Assembly (NCBI RefSeq): GCF_018350175.1
Contig: NC_058382.1
Span: 60,514,001 to 60,578,000 of the forward strand
DNA: 64,000 bases
Direction: 5' to 3'
Origin: Felis catus
Lineage: Eukaryota
Of this stretch, positions 1 through 11,217 are shown piece after piece. Position numbers and translations under genes: made by a program. Every line of letters begins with the position of its first letter. Positions within the stretch are counted from its first letter, which is position 1. The notes beneath the pieces are model-generated. The model saw only the letters and a program-made list of their open reading frames with translations, was not told the DNA's origin and did no database searches.

Positions 1-445
1 CATGCTCCGTGCCCCGTGCCCTCATGCTCTGTGCCCCGTGCCCCATGCTCCTGTGCCCTGTGCTCCGTGCCCCATGCCCCATGCCCTGTGCCCCGTGCCC
101 TGTGCTCCTGTGCCCTGTGCACCATGCCCCGTGCTCCGTGTTCTATGCCCTGTGCTCCTGTGCTCCGTGCCTTGTGCCCCATGCTCTGTGCACCATGCTT
201 TGTGCCCCATGCCCTGTGCCCTGTGCCCCGTGCCCCCATACCCCATGTCCCGTGCCCCATGCTCTCGTGCTCTGTGCCCCATGCTCTGTGCCCCGTGCCC
301 TGTGCCCCCGTGCCCCGTGCTCTATGCCCCGTGCCCTGTGCTCCCGTGCCCCGTGCTCCATGCCCCATGCCCCGTGTTCCGTGCCCCGTGCTCCATGCCC
401 CGTGCCCTGTGCCCCTTGCTCTGTGCCCCATGCCCCATGCTCTCC
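1..445. repeat. Degenerate ~7-bp tandem minisatellite (TGCCCCG/TGCCCCA/TGCTCTG variants), inside the second intron of the TRHR2-like pseudogene
   Basis: Periodic tgccccg/tgcccca/tgctccg/tgccctg units are directly visible; all three + frames read as stop-free Cys/Pro/Ala repeats. Confidence 0.9.
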
Positions 446-627
446 AGTGCCAGGGCCCAGAACTGAGTGGGGGCTGAGCAGTCACCCGGTGAGTGAACAG
501 ACGCACGCCTGGCTTCATCCTCTTTCTGCCCAGTTCTGCCTCTGCCCCATCTCCCCGCCCCTCTGCCTACCAACCCCTCCTTTCACACTGCCCCCCCTCT
601 GCCAGGTCCACTGGAGACCTCACGTAC

Positions 628-1029
628 CTGCTTCCTGGAAGACCAGAAGTCTTTAGACCCGGCCCCTGGGGCCGCCTCTCCTGGGTCCCCACCTCCTGCT
701 AGGCCTCACCGTCCCCTGTGGTGGGGCAGGTGGGACCGTGCGCTCCAGAACAAGGTCCTTCCGATGAGCCCGTACAGGACCGTGGCCACCAGCAGGGGAG
801 TGAGGGCGAAGACGGGGAGTCCAGCAGGCGGATGGGCAGAGAGAGGCTGTCGGACTCCTTGTAGACGCACTGAAGGCCCTGCCTCTCACGGACGCTGGGG
901 TTCCCCAGGAAGAACCAGAGAGGCAGTGGTCACACGTGCCCCCCCCCCAGATGCCCACGATGAGCCACTTGGCCCGGGGCCACGGTGCACGCAGTCTGCG
1001 CCCGCGTTGGGTGGCAGATGGCGACGTGC
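628..1029 (-). pseudogene. TRHR2: TRH receptor 2-like pseudogene, second coding exon (ICL2-TM4-ECL2-TM5-ICL3)
   Basis: Acceptor ctgcAG| at 1035-1030. Frame-stitched translation: HVAICHPTRAQTACTVA/RAKWLIVGIWG..HCL/WFFLGNPSVRERQGLQCVYKESDSLSLPIRLLD/VFALTPLLVATVLYGLIGRTLFWS..*..SSRKQ, then donor GTACGT at 627. Matches recalled rodent Trhr2 (YIAICHPLRAQTVCTVARAKRII...LYGLIGRILF...SSRKQ). Three frameshifts and a TGA at 708-706. Confidence 0.85.
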
Positions 1030-2037
1030 CTGCAGCCACAAGGCGGCCGTGTTGGGCCCTGGGGCCGCGGGATCAGGTGAGCCCTGTGCGTGCACGTGTG
1101 TGTGCATGACCAGCTTGGCCCGTCAGGTTCCCCATCTGGTCCTGTCACAGAAGAAGTCGAGGGCCACGGGGATTTAGGGCGCTAGGTGGCAACCTCGAGG
1201 GCTGGAGGAGCAGGGTGCCGGTCCTGAGGGGAGGGTGGGAGGACGTGTGGGAGGGGCTGCCCCGAGGGCCGTGTCCCCTGAGGCCCACCGGGCTCAGCCA
1301 CGTCTGCCGCAGGCCCAGGGACCCCAGTGTCCTTTCACAGACCTCCGACCTCTGCAAGAGCTCCAGTGAGTTTTTAGTTGCCAGCCCCCAAAGGTCTCTA
1401 ACTGAGGCAGCCAAAGACATCACACACCCCTCGTCCACCGGCTCAGAGCCTAGACCGGGGTCCCCAGCCTGCCATGCCTAGGCCACGGGATCAACCAGCG
1501 TGGGCCGGTGGCGGAGGCCCCTGGACTCCAGGCAGCGACAGCCCAGGAAAGTCAGGACCGGGCCAGAATTTGGATGCCAGAGGCCTCAATGGTGCCCCCA
1601 TTCTGTGTGGCCCTGGACGAGCCACTTAGCCTCTGAGCCAGCCTGCCCAAGACCACGCAGCTAGGAAGGGGCGGAGCCGGGTTTGAACCCAGTCAGCGGG
1701 CTTCAGAACCCACACGCTCAACTCTGGGCTACATTGCCCCTCGGGGCTAACATCAAAGCTGGAAGGAGCCCACGAGAACGTCCAGTGCAAATGCCCACTT
1801 CCCAGATGGGGAAACCGAGGTCCAGAGGAATGTAGGATCACTTGGCATCTCGTGGCAAGTTAGCAGCGGAGTTGAGGGAAGAGCCCCTCTGACTCCGGGC
1901 CTCCCGGGGCCTCACCCCTGCTCCCCTCTCTGGACACGGGGAACAGGCCTTCCCGTTCAGCCGAGGCTCAGCGTCCAAGGATCCCGGGCGGGAAGTGCTG
2001 TGTGGGAGGCAGAGGCCTGAGGGCCAGGGAGCGCCTT

Positions 2038-2364
2038 CTCTCCCCAGCAGATGCCAGGACGGAGCGGGAGGAGACGCCGATGCCCAGGAGCTGCAAGTAG
2101 GCGGTGCCCGGGCAGCCCAGAAGACCCACTGCCCAGCCAGGCCGCCAGCGATGTCGGGCAGCCCCCCGGCCGCCAGCACGGTGAGGTCCGCCAGGACCGG
2201 GCTGACCAGGTAGCAGCCGCTGGGGACGTGCACGCCCCGGACGGTCACCAGGACCACCACGGCGTCGCCCAACATGCCAGTCACGTACACGAGGACCAAC
2301 CTGTACTCAGTCGGGCCCGGGTCAGCCTCTCCAAGGGCTGGGGGCGCGTTGCGGGGATTGTCGT
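2038..2364 (-). pseudogene. TRHR2: TRH receptor 2-like pseudogene, first coding exon (N-terminus-TM1-TM2-TM3)
   Basis: Translates as DNPRNA..PTEYRLV..GMLGDAVVVLV..CYLVSPVLADLTVLAAGGLPDIAGGLAGQWVF, frameshift at ~2118, then GCPGTAYLQLLGIGVSSRSVLASAGE-R. Matches class A GPCR/TRHR motifs (CYLVSLALADL..GLP..W..GC..YFQYLGINVSS.SILAFTVER). Kozak GCCACC is followed by ACG, and no GT follows the exon end. Confidence 0.85.
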
Positions 2365-3354
2365 GGTGGCCGACCGGGCGCCGGAGCGGGCGAGAAGGGG
2401 GAGCTCCGGGAGGCATCCCTGGTCAGCGGGGCCGGGCCTGTGCACGCGCAAGGCCCAGCCGATACCTGCGGTCCTATAAGCCAGGCCCCGAGGGACACCA
2501 GGGACCCTGTGCTTGTGAGGCTGCTGTTTGGCCAGACAAGGGGACAGAACGGGGAATACACATCCGAGTCTCCGCGGCCAGTCTGAGCCACCCACGAGCC
2601 TGTTTCCTGGTGCACGAAGACAGCTGACAATCATAACTCACGCACAGGACCGTGGGCAGGATCGGTCCGGGTAATCACTCCCTGGGCCTAGCACATCCTG
2701 AGTGCTCAGAGGTCAGCTGGCCTGTGTCGCGAGGAAGCCACATGGCACCTCAGCCTCGGTGAGCTCATCTGTGAAGTGGGGAGACTCAGGGACACAGTGA
2801 GATTCTGGAGAAATGGCAGGGCACGGAAACTTCTGGACCTGAAGTCTGGTTCGATGTCTGCTGCTTAACGTTAGCATTAAGGTTCCAATCTCCCTGAGCC
2901 TCGGCAGCCCCATCTGTCAGTGGGGCTGACGGCAGCTCCCTCCTCTCGTGCCGCAGGGAGCAAGCTCGATCAGCACACCGGGGTTGTGTGACGCCCACGC
3001 TGGGTCGCCCAGGAGCCGAGCCAGAAGCCAATGACCGGCTCTTGCCCGCAAGCCCCGGGCCGGGGCTGTGGCACACTCTTCCTCCGGAAACGGCCCAGAG
3101 TCACTTTGCCCCTCCGCGGGCGGCCCCGCCCTGCTCCCCCGTCAGCCAGGCCGGCCCCCTCTAGGGCCCGGAGTGGGGGCAGGTGAGCAGCAGGGGAAGC
3201 TGAGGCAGACCACGCGCTGAGACAGCCAGCAGGCCGGGGCTTGGCCCAGTCCTGCCGGCTCTAAGTGGCCAAGAGCCCCTGCCGCAGCCCCCACGGGGCA
3301 GGGACCAGGGCACAGAATTGGGGCAGGGCCGGGTGTGCCCTAGGACGCTGCCCA

Positions 3355-3700
3355 CACACCTGCACACGCACAAAACACGCAGACATGCACACACACACAC
3401 ACACACACACACACGAGCTCTCACGGACCCTCCTCAGCAGATCCGGCACACACGGCCACACACACAGACACGACACACCCTGACACACCCACATGCAGCA
3501 CACACGTCTTCCTGCACACACACGTGAATGACCCCCACACACACCCTAACACCCAAAACACACAGACCCAAACGCACACGCACGTAGGTGAATCACAGCA
3601 TAAGCTCACTCACCCCTCCGCCGCCGTAAATACACACACTGCCCACACTCACGTGGCAGGTGCACACGTGTGTGGAACACACACCCACGCCTGTACTCAT
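3355..3700. repeat. (CA)n microsatellite and CA-rich low-complexity tract
   Basis: Pure (CA)n at ~3388-3414 inside degenerate cacac repeats. Confidence 0.85.
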
Positions 3701-4910
3701 AGATGCCTGCGCACTTGGATCCACAGGGGCCCCCAGGCCCATCGCTCTCCTGAAAACGAGCCCCCGTTCTGTTTGGCTGAAGAGATAGTCAGGCCCGGAC
3801 CCCAGCACAGCTGCTGCCACCCCCAGGGCCTCAGCTGCCTTCTACCGTGGAGGCTGGCCGCCCTGGGACTGCACCCACAGTCCTCACAGCTGCCCCTCCA
3901 GTGTGCGGCCCCCCGCAGTGTGAGCTGGCCCGGTCGCTGCCTCCTCAGGTCTCAGAGGACCTCCCCAGTTCCCACCCCGCCTGCACGCTAGCCTTTCTGC
4001 ACCAAATGTTCCACCAGATGGGCGACAGCCATCTCCCAGCCCAGCCCGGGAGAAACTTGAAAGCTCAGACAACTCCCCCCAGGAGGAGCCTTCCTCCTCC
4101 TTCCAGGGACAGGGAGGGGGAGACAGTCCCGGTGCCCCAGCCATTCCGCGCGCGACACGGAGGCGTCTCATCCCGCGGCTGCAGAGCTGTGTGCGGGCGA
4201 GCCTCCGGTATGCGCTCACACACAGACACACGCGGCCCTGCCAACTTCTCCCCGCTCCCCCCCCACCCCCCGCCCTCCCCCTGCAAGGCTGACTGCCAAC
4301 CCGCAGCAGCTTCCCCAGCAGGACACCCGAGGCACAGCCCCCGCTTCCCCTCCCAGGCCTGGGGCAGGGGGCTGCCCAAATTCATCAGGCCGAGAGGGAC
4401 CCTGCTTAGCCAGCTGAGCCACTGGCGGCCTAACAGGAGGAGGTACCAATCCAGGGAGGAGGTGGGGAGGGCATGGACGGGCCCCCTTTTCCTGCGCGGC
4501 CAGGCTGGGAGTAACTGGGGAACCCTCAGGTGTCTACAATGTGCAGGTGACTCTGGTGTGGGGTCCACCCCCGCCCCAGCCCTCGGGGGCCCTTCACAGG
4601 GCTGTGGAGAGGAAGGAACGACGTGCTCAGTGAGCGCTGCCTGCGGCTCATCTCAGAACGGGGACTGTGGCTTGGGAGGGGGAATGGCTGGGTCAGGGGC
4701 AGGACTAGAGCCCAAGTCTGGGGACTCCGGGAGGCAGGGGTGCTGCCGCATGCCCCACGGGGGGCATGGCTGCCACACCTCTTGGCTAGCCCTCGGGAGG
4801 AGAGCCCAAAGGGACCCCTCAGCTGGCCCAGGAAGCAGGGCTCCCAGACTGTTTCCCCCACATGGCCGGGGGCCTGGCTTTTCTGGGACATTTAAAATAC
4901 AGATTTCGGA

Positions 4911-5400
4911 GGCGCCTGGGTGGCTCAGCTGGTTGATTGTCCGACTCCAGCTCAGGTCATAATCTCACAGGTCGTGAGTTCGAGCCCCACGTCGGGCTCC
5001 GTGCTGACAGCTCAGAGCCTGGAGCCTGTTTCGGATTCTGCGTCTCCTTCTCTCTCTGCCCCTCCCCTGCTCATGCTCTGTGTCTCTCTCTCAAAATTAA
5101 ATAAACATTTAAAAAACATTTTAAAGGCACCTGGGTGGCTCAGTCGGTTTAGCACCAACTTCAGTTCAGGTCACGATCTCACGGGTTTGGGCCCCGCATC
5201 GGGCTCTGTGCTGACAGCTCAGAGCCTGGAGCCTGCTTCAGATTCTGTATCTCTCTCTGTGTCCCTCCTCTGCTCGCACTGTGTCTCTCAAAAATAAATG
5301 TTAAATTTTTTTTTTTAATTTTAAATGCAGATTTCAGGGGGCACCTGGCTGGCTTAGTCGGTACAGCATGCGACTCTTGATCTCGGGGTCGTGGGTTGTA
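4911..5400 (+). mobile_element. Three tandem carnivore SINEs (SINEC), the last truncated
   Basis: ggcgcctgggtggctcag heads, tcaggtcatgatctc core, (CT)n and A-rich tails. Confidence 0.9.
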
Positions 5401-5549
5401 GGGGTCACAGGCACACACCTCAGAACCAAGGAGGGACCCTGTTAGTGTGTGTATTCCTGGCCACCGAATTGAATGACCAGCAGCAGTGCCCTTGAATGTG
5501 TGTTTTAATAGTCCTCTCCTCCAGAAAGTCCGATGACCCCTAGTGACTT

Positions 5550-5960
5550 TCTCTTTTTTATTTTTTCATTTTGAAACATAACATACACATGAAAAGGTGC
5601 ACCAAACATAAATTACCGGTTGGATCAATAAAATGATCGTGTAGGTAACCACTACCCCTGCCCTCCCCATGCAGATCGCCACCACTTCTCTGGCTTACAG
5701 CCCCAAATGCCATCCTTCATCTTGCCTGCCCGGGACCTTTCTATAACCAGAAGTAAACCACGCGTAATTATTTGTGTGCTGCCTCTTCCCAGCATCACGC
5801 TGAGAGATCCATCCCCGCCGAGTGTGACTATGGCTCGTCCATTTCCACTGCTGTGTAATGTTCTGCCCTAGGATTCTCTGCAATATGTCCATGCGTGACA
5901 GGCTGTCGATGGACTTCTGGGTGGTTTCCTGTTTGGGGGAATCACAGACGACACAGCTAG
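5550..5960 (-). mobile_element. Old LINE-1 3' fragment
   Basis: Degenerate L1 3'UTR-like text (gagatccatcc..gtgtgactatggctcgtccatttccactgctgtgtaatgttc..gatggac..ggtggtttcc). Confidence 0.5.
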
Positions 5961-8900
5961 ACGCTTCTGCACACAAGCTCAGGCTGAGTGGCATTTTCAT
6001 CAACATGGCTCCAAAACTGTGATTTCCAGGACCTGGCTGAACTCGGGACCACAGAGATGAGTGGAGAGGGGAGAGGGCTGACGGGGAGGGGAAAGGGTGG
6101 CAGGAGACACCCATACGTGGCAGGCCTGGTCCCTCCTGCTTCTAAGCATGGCACCCCAGCTCCCCACTGGGGCTGCCAGGAACGTCTGGGAAGGCTCTGA
6201 CCCCGTGAGCCCCGGTCGCATGGCAGGCTCATTGTTCCCAGACGCAGAGCCTGTCTCCCGCCATCCCTGCTGCTGCCTCCTCCAGCGGCGGGCCACACCT
6301 CTCCTGCCCTCCTCCAGGGAGACCCACCCGAGATTTCAGCCCATGGACAGCTCCAGGCGCTGTCCTCCCTTCCTGGTGCTGAAACCACCTGCCGCCTTAT
6401 CCTGCGTCCTTCCAGACGGAACCAGAGGCACGGTGACCTCAGGAGAGAACGGAATCAAATGGCGTGGAAGGCGGCAACACACCCATCTACACCAAGGCCC
6501 GTGGAAGTGAGATCGGACATCCAGACAGGGAGAGCGGCTCGCCCAAATCACGCAGTTAACACTAGTAAATGAAATCGGCGCAAACAGCTAAGACTCGTGA
6601 CCACTCACCAAACCCCACGAGCTGTGCTAAGTGTTTGTGTGCAGAGTGTGTCGGTCGGCCCTATGGGGCAGGACACCCTTCACAGCGGAGAAGCTGCAGA
6701 GCTGGGACGAGAACCTACATCTTCAGCCTCACGCCGGTCCTTTCCTCTACTCCACTCCCCTTGCCCCTGATCCTGGGGAGTCCTCCCTCTGTCTAGGATA
6801 GGAAAGACACCACCAGAGCAGCAACAGCTCCAACACCCAGAACGCGTGCAGAGAGTGCTTTCACTCTGCCTTGAATTCTCCCACCACTGGCTCGCCCGCA
6901 CTGTAGACAGACCACGTTAGCAGACGTTTGCATCTCCGCCCTCTGTGTGCCCCAGGAAGCTGGCAGCCAGCAGCCTCCCACCACCCACAGCAAAGAAGCC
7001 TCCAGGGGCATCTCCTGGGGTCACATAGCAGTTATATAGCTTTTGTTTGTAATAAGACAACTCGCTGACAACTTAAATATCCATTCAGACTGGAAAGAAC
7101 TTGATGCTGTGTGCCCACATCAGACTAACGGGCTGTCAAGACCGATGTCGTAGGAAGTACCAGTTGGCACGGAACGGCGCTCACAACAGAGTGAGCGGAA
7201 GAGCATCTGTAAATAACCGGTGAGCATCGTCTCCTATTCTCAAATGTGTTCATACCTAACAGCAGCCATCTGCCGGGGGCATACCAGGGGCCAGGCACTG
7301 GGCACAGCCCATGGCACATTGTAGCTGTCACAAGCACCCCCCTATGGTGACAACTGTTATTGTCACCGTTTTTCAGAAGAGAGAGCAGAGCGTCAGAAGG
7401 CGAGCTAGTGGAGGGCAGAGTGGACATATGAACCCAAACCCATCCCTCTACAAAGTAGGTGTCCTCAGCCACAGCGCTGGGCGGCCACTCCCACCCCCGA
7501 GGCTCTGGACACGCCCGGATCCTGTCACATACCAGGGCCCAAATCACCTTATTTATCTGTCTGTATCTGTAAAGGTGGGTTTGTTCTGTAATTTAGAAAA
7601 AAATGACAAAAAAATGTTTGCCCTTTTCATGACAACCCTCCTACATTTGGTCCCAAGGAGCAGGGCAGGGTGTGGGCAGGAAAGGCCACTTTGCAGGGAT
7701 TGGAGGTGAGCCACAGTGAGACTTCTAGAATGTCACCTCTAAGTCCTCAGACTTAAGGACTTGGCAATCAGTGAAAACATCCAGCTGGGGGTGGGGACTC
7801 AGGGAAGGAGGGGTTCCGAATGTGAGTTGCAGATGGCACATCCCAGGGCATGCCCCATGGGCCCTGAGGAGGGAAGGTGTGTCTGAGTGAGCCCCCAAAG
7901 AAACACACAGGTGTTCAGCTGGTATGCATCAGTGCGGCTACCTCAGCCACTAAATTGCCACATGACTCCCATACTAATGTCAATATGTCAATAACCAAGG
8001 GCCCTCTACCTCAGCCGACTGGACCCTCCTTGGAAACTTCCGGACCTCTTCCATGGCCCAGGAACCAAAGGGTTAATGTCTGGCACCACAGCTGTGACCC
8101 CTCTGGCGGTGGAAAGCCATGCTGTCTGGTGCTAATCCTGGGTGTTTGGCAGTGGGTTCTGCTGATGGTGGGAGGTGCTCATAGAAGCTGGGGCGACGTT
8201 TGTGCAACGGAAGATGGGACAAGGCTGCTGGCATAGAGACGTAGGCAGGCTGGTGCCCGAAGGAGGAAAAGTCCCATTCAGGTGGCACACTCATCAAGGG
8301 CTGGGGGCCTCATGGGTGCAGACCCTAGGTCCCAGGGGCGAGGGAGCATCTGTGGCCTTGGCTCTCTGGAACTGGGCTGCGAAGACAGTCGCTTCATTAT
8401 CGTGCACACCTCAGGGCCCGCCGGGCTCCTCCGGGTGGTTCCTCTGTGCCTGATGACGGTGGGACAGCGGTCGTCTGGTCTCCTGGCTGGTGCCTCGCAA
8501 GGAGGACTGGCAGGCTGGGGTTGGCTGGGACAGCAGAGCCCTGCCCTCCGTGCCATCTTGGGGCCTCTGCCTCTGCACGCGGCCACTCCAGCAGCGAAGC
8601 CGGACGTCCTACAATAGCTCAGGGCCCCCAAGAGCACAGACATGGGGCTCCAGGCCTTCCCAGCACACCTTGCCTTTCCTTCCCCCGCCAGCCCAAGCCG
8701 TGGTGGGCCAGCCTGGATGGTGGGGCTGCTCCAGAGCGCGAGTCCCAGCGGGCAGGGCTCCTTGGGGCCATCTTGGAGACCGGCGACCATAGCCCCCTTG
8801 TTTTCCAGAAAGGGTTTCACTGACAACTGGGGTGGGGAAACCCACTGGCTGGCTTGCGGCATGGAACCGGTGTGCCGTGCCCACACCGTCACTGTGGGAA

Positions 8901-10471
8901 GAAGTCCTGGCCCTTGGTAAAGGCTTCGAGTTGGGAACCAAACTGACATCCGTTCATGCAATCATTCGTTCATTTCTTCACTCGTTCAGCCACACCAGGG
9001 AGGAGCGGGCTGCAGCCACGGCTCAGCTGGGTCTGAGGTTGTCCCAGGACGTCTCAAGGGAGGAAAGGGAAACAGCTGGGTGGGGTCAGTGCCGGGCACC
9101 CCTCGGGAGTCTGGGACAAAGCCTGGAGAGGACAGGGGTCCCCCAGGAGTCAGGCCCCCCGGCAGCGGAGACTTGATCTCTCTCGCTCCCACACTGGGTC
9201 TGTGTAGGGGCTGTGACAGGAGGGTGGGGTCCCCACCCAGAACCAGCGGTCCTTCCTGCAAGCTGCGTCCACAGTTGTCTCGCAGAAGTGAATTCCAAAT
9301 ACAGAAAAAAGCCCCCCAAAATTTGTGTGCTCCATTAATGTTCCAGTGAAGCCAGAGGAAGAGCTTCTAAACGAAGATGAAAGGGAATGTGTGTGGGGGT
9401 GCAAGCGTGCAAGCGCCCCTCCCCATGTGGGAATAGACGGCGTTTGAACATCCAGGAGCCTGAGGCCCGTCCTGCCTTCCGGCATCATCCACATGGCAGC
9501 CCAAGAATGACAAGGGCTGAGGGGCTCTGGCAGGGGGAGCTGCACCCCCCCCCCCACCTCCCTTCCCACATCCCGTCCCCAGGCGTGCAGAACACCTGGG
9601 TTGGCGTGCCCTCTGGTGGCAGCCTGAGAAAACAGCAGAGGCTCATGCGGGCATTGCCACCTTGAAGTGTGAAAGTCCAGTGTTGCACCTCCCCGCCCCC
9701 GCCACCCGCCAACAACGGTCAAAGCCGGACGTACATATGCACGTACTGATATGCGCGCATATATACGTTTGGAGGGCAGCCGACGCTGGCAGCCGTGGGG
9801 CTATGACCTTGAGCAAAGAGAAACAAGAAAGTGAACCCTGTGTGCACCCTGCGGCGGGGTGGGGGGGACAGACGGCAGCAAGCGCGGCCTTACTGAGCTG
9901 AGGAGACAGGGTCTAAACCATCTGGAGCTTGAGGGGAAAGCCTGGAGAAGGAGCCCAGAATCCTGAGCACGAACCTCTCAGGCCACGGCTGCCCCCTGGG
10001 CTGTCTGGACTGGGGGAGAGTGTGACAACCGGCAGAGAAGGGCAGTGAGCGGGCGTTCAGCAGCAGCGTGGCAGCGGGAGTGACAGGTTGTAGATCAAGC
10101 CCATGGACACTGAGTCGGGCAGACGGAGCAGACGGTCCTCTGAGCGCACAGGGGCTCCACTCAGGAGTACGAGCCACACTCCTGGAAACAAACCAGCCCT
10201 TGCGAAAGCCAGCAGCAACGCTTAATTAACAGGGCCCGGGGATCCGCTGAGCCCGCTCGCCCAGAAGGCCTCACCCTCCCTGGGAGCGCGTAAGGCCGCC
10301 CCAGCACCCCACAAAAATTTATCCACCATGTCCAACATCAAATAAAAAGTACAAGGCATGCTATAAAAGGGGACCAGATCACCGAAAACCAAGAGGAAAA
10401 GCAACAGAGCCACCCACAGGAGGTGACTAGGTGTAGGAGCCGTCAGATGAGGTTTTAAAATCACTGACATG

Positions 10472-10682
10472 CGGCACCTGCGTGGCTCACTCGGTTAAGC
10501 GGCCGACTTCACCTCGGGTCATGATCTCATGGTTCGTGGGTTCGAGCCCTGCGTCCGGTTCTGTGCAGACAGCTCAGAGCCTGGAGCCTGCTTCGGAGTC
10601 TGTGTCTCCCTCTCCCTCTGTACCCTTCCCCTGCTGTGCTCGCTGGTGCTCTCTCTCTCTCTCTCAAAAATAAATATTTAAA
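10472..10682 (+). mobile_element. Carnivore SINE with target-site duplication
   Basis: SINEC body flanked by tttaaaatcactgacat / tttaaaatcaccaacgt. Confidence 0.9.
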
Positions 10683-11217
10683 ATCACCAACGTGAAGCTC
10701 TCTTCATGTCGCCCCCCTGCTCACGAGGGCACGTGGCTTCCTCCTCCCCCTTCAAAGGGGCAGTCAATGCCCTTCGTGGAAGCAGCTTCACCTGCACAGA
10801 TATTAGAGGCATACACTTGACGTTCACATACTGCAATGTTTAACAATTACGATATTATACACATTATACACTATTGCAAACAGCTGTGAACTGTTTTTTC
10901 TGTTTCTGTTTCTGTTTTTTTCCTTGGTTTTTTTTTTTTTTTTTTTTGGTGATTACTGAGAAATCTTCTGTATCCTTGTTCGTGTCTCCCAGAGGCCACG
11001 GGCAAGAGCGCCACAGTCCCGTGGTTCTTGCCCTCCAGGGGCATCGGATCCCCAGGCCTGTGGAAGGGCAGCCTGCCAGCCCCACTGCCAGAGTTCCTGA
11101 TGCAGCAGCTCGGGGCAGGGCCTGAGAATGTGCATTCCTCTTTTAAAGAGAAAACATAATGATAACGATGATGAAAATATAATGATGCATAATATTAGCC
11201 TTGGAGCGGGGAAGGCT

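Noticed and set aside
2..656. Cys/Pro-rich ORFs resembling keratin-associated or metallothionein-like proteins
   Set aside because: All three frames are open simply because the 7-bp minisatellite lacks stop codons
3847..4962. 371-aa ORF on the + strand
   Set aside because: No recognisable domain, GC-rich low-stop sequence, non-ATG start, and it ends inside a SINE
9749..9762. 14-bp palindrome atatgcgcgcatat
   Set aside because: Lies in a short alternating purine-pyrimidine low-complexity patch and is expected by chance
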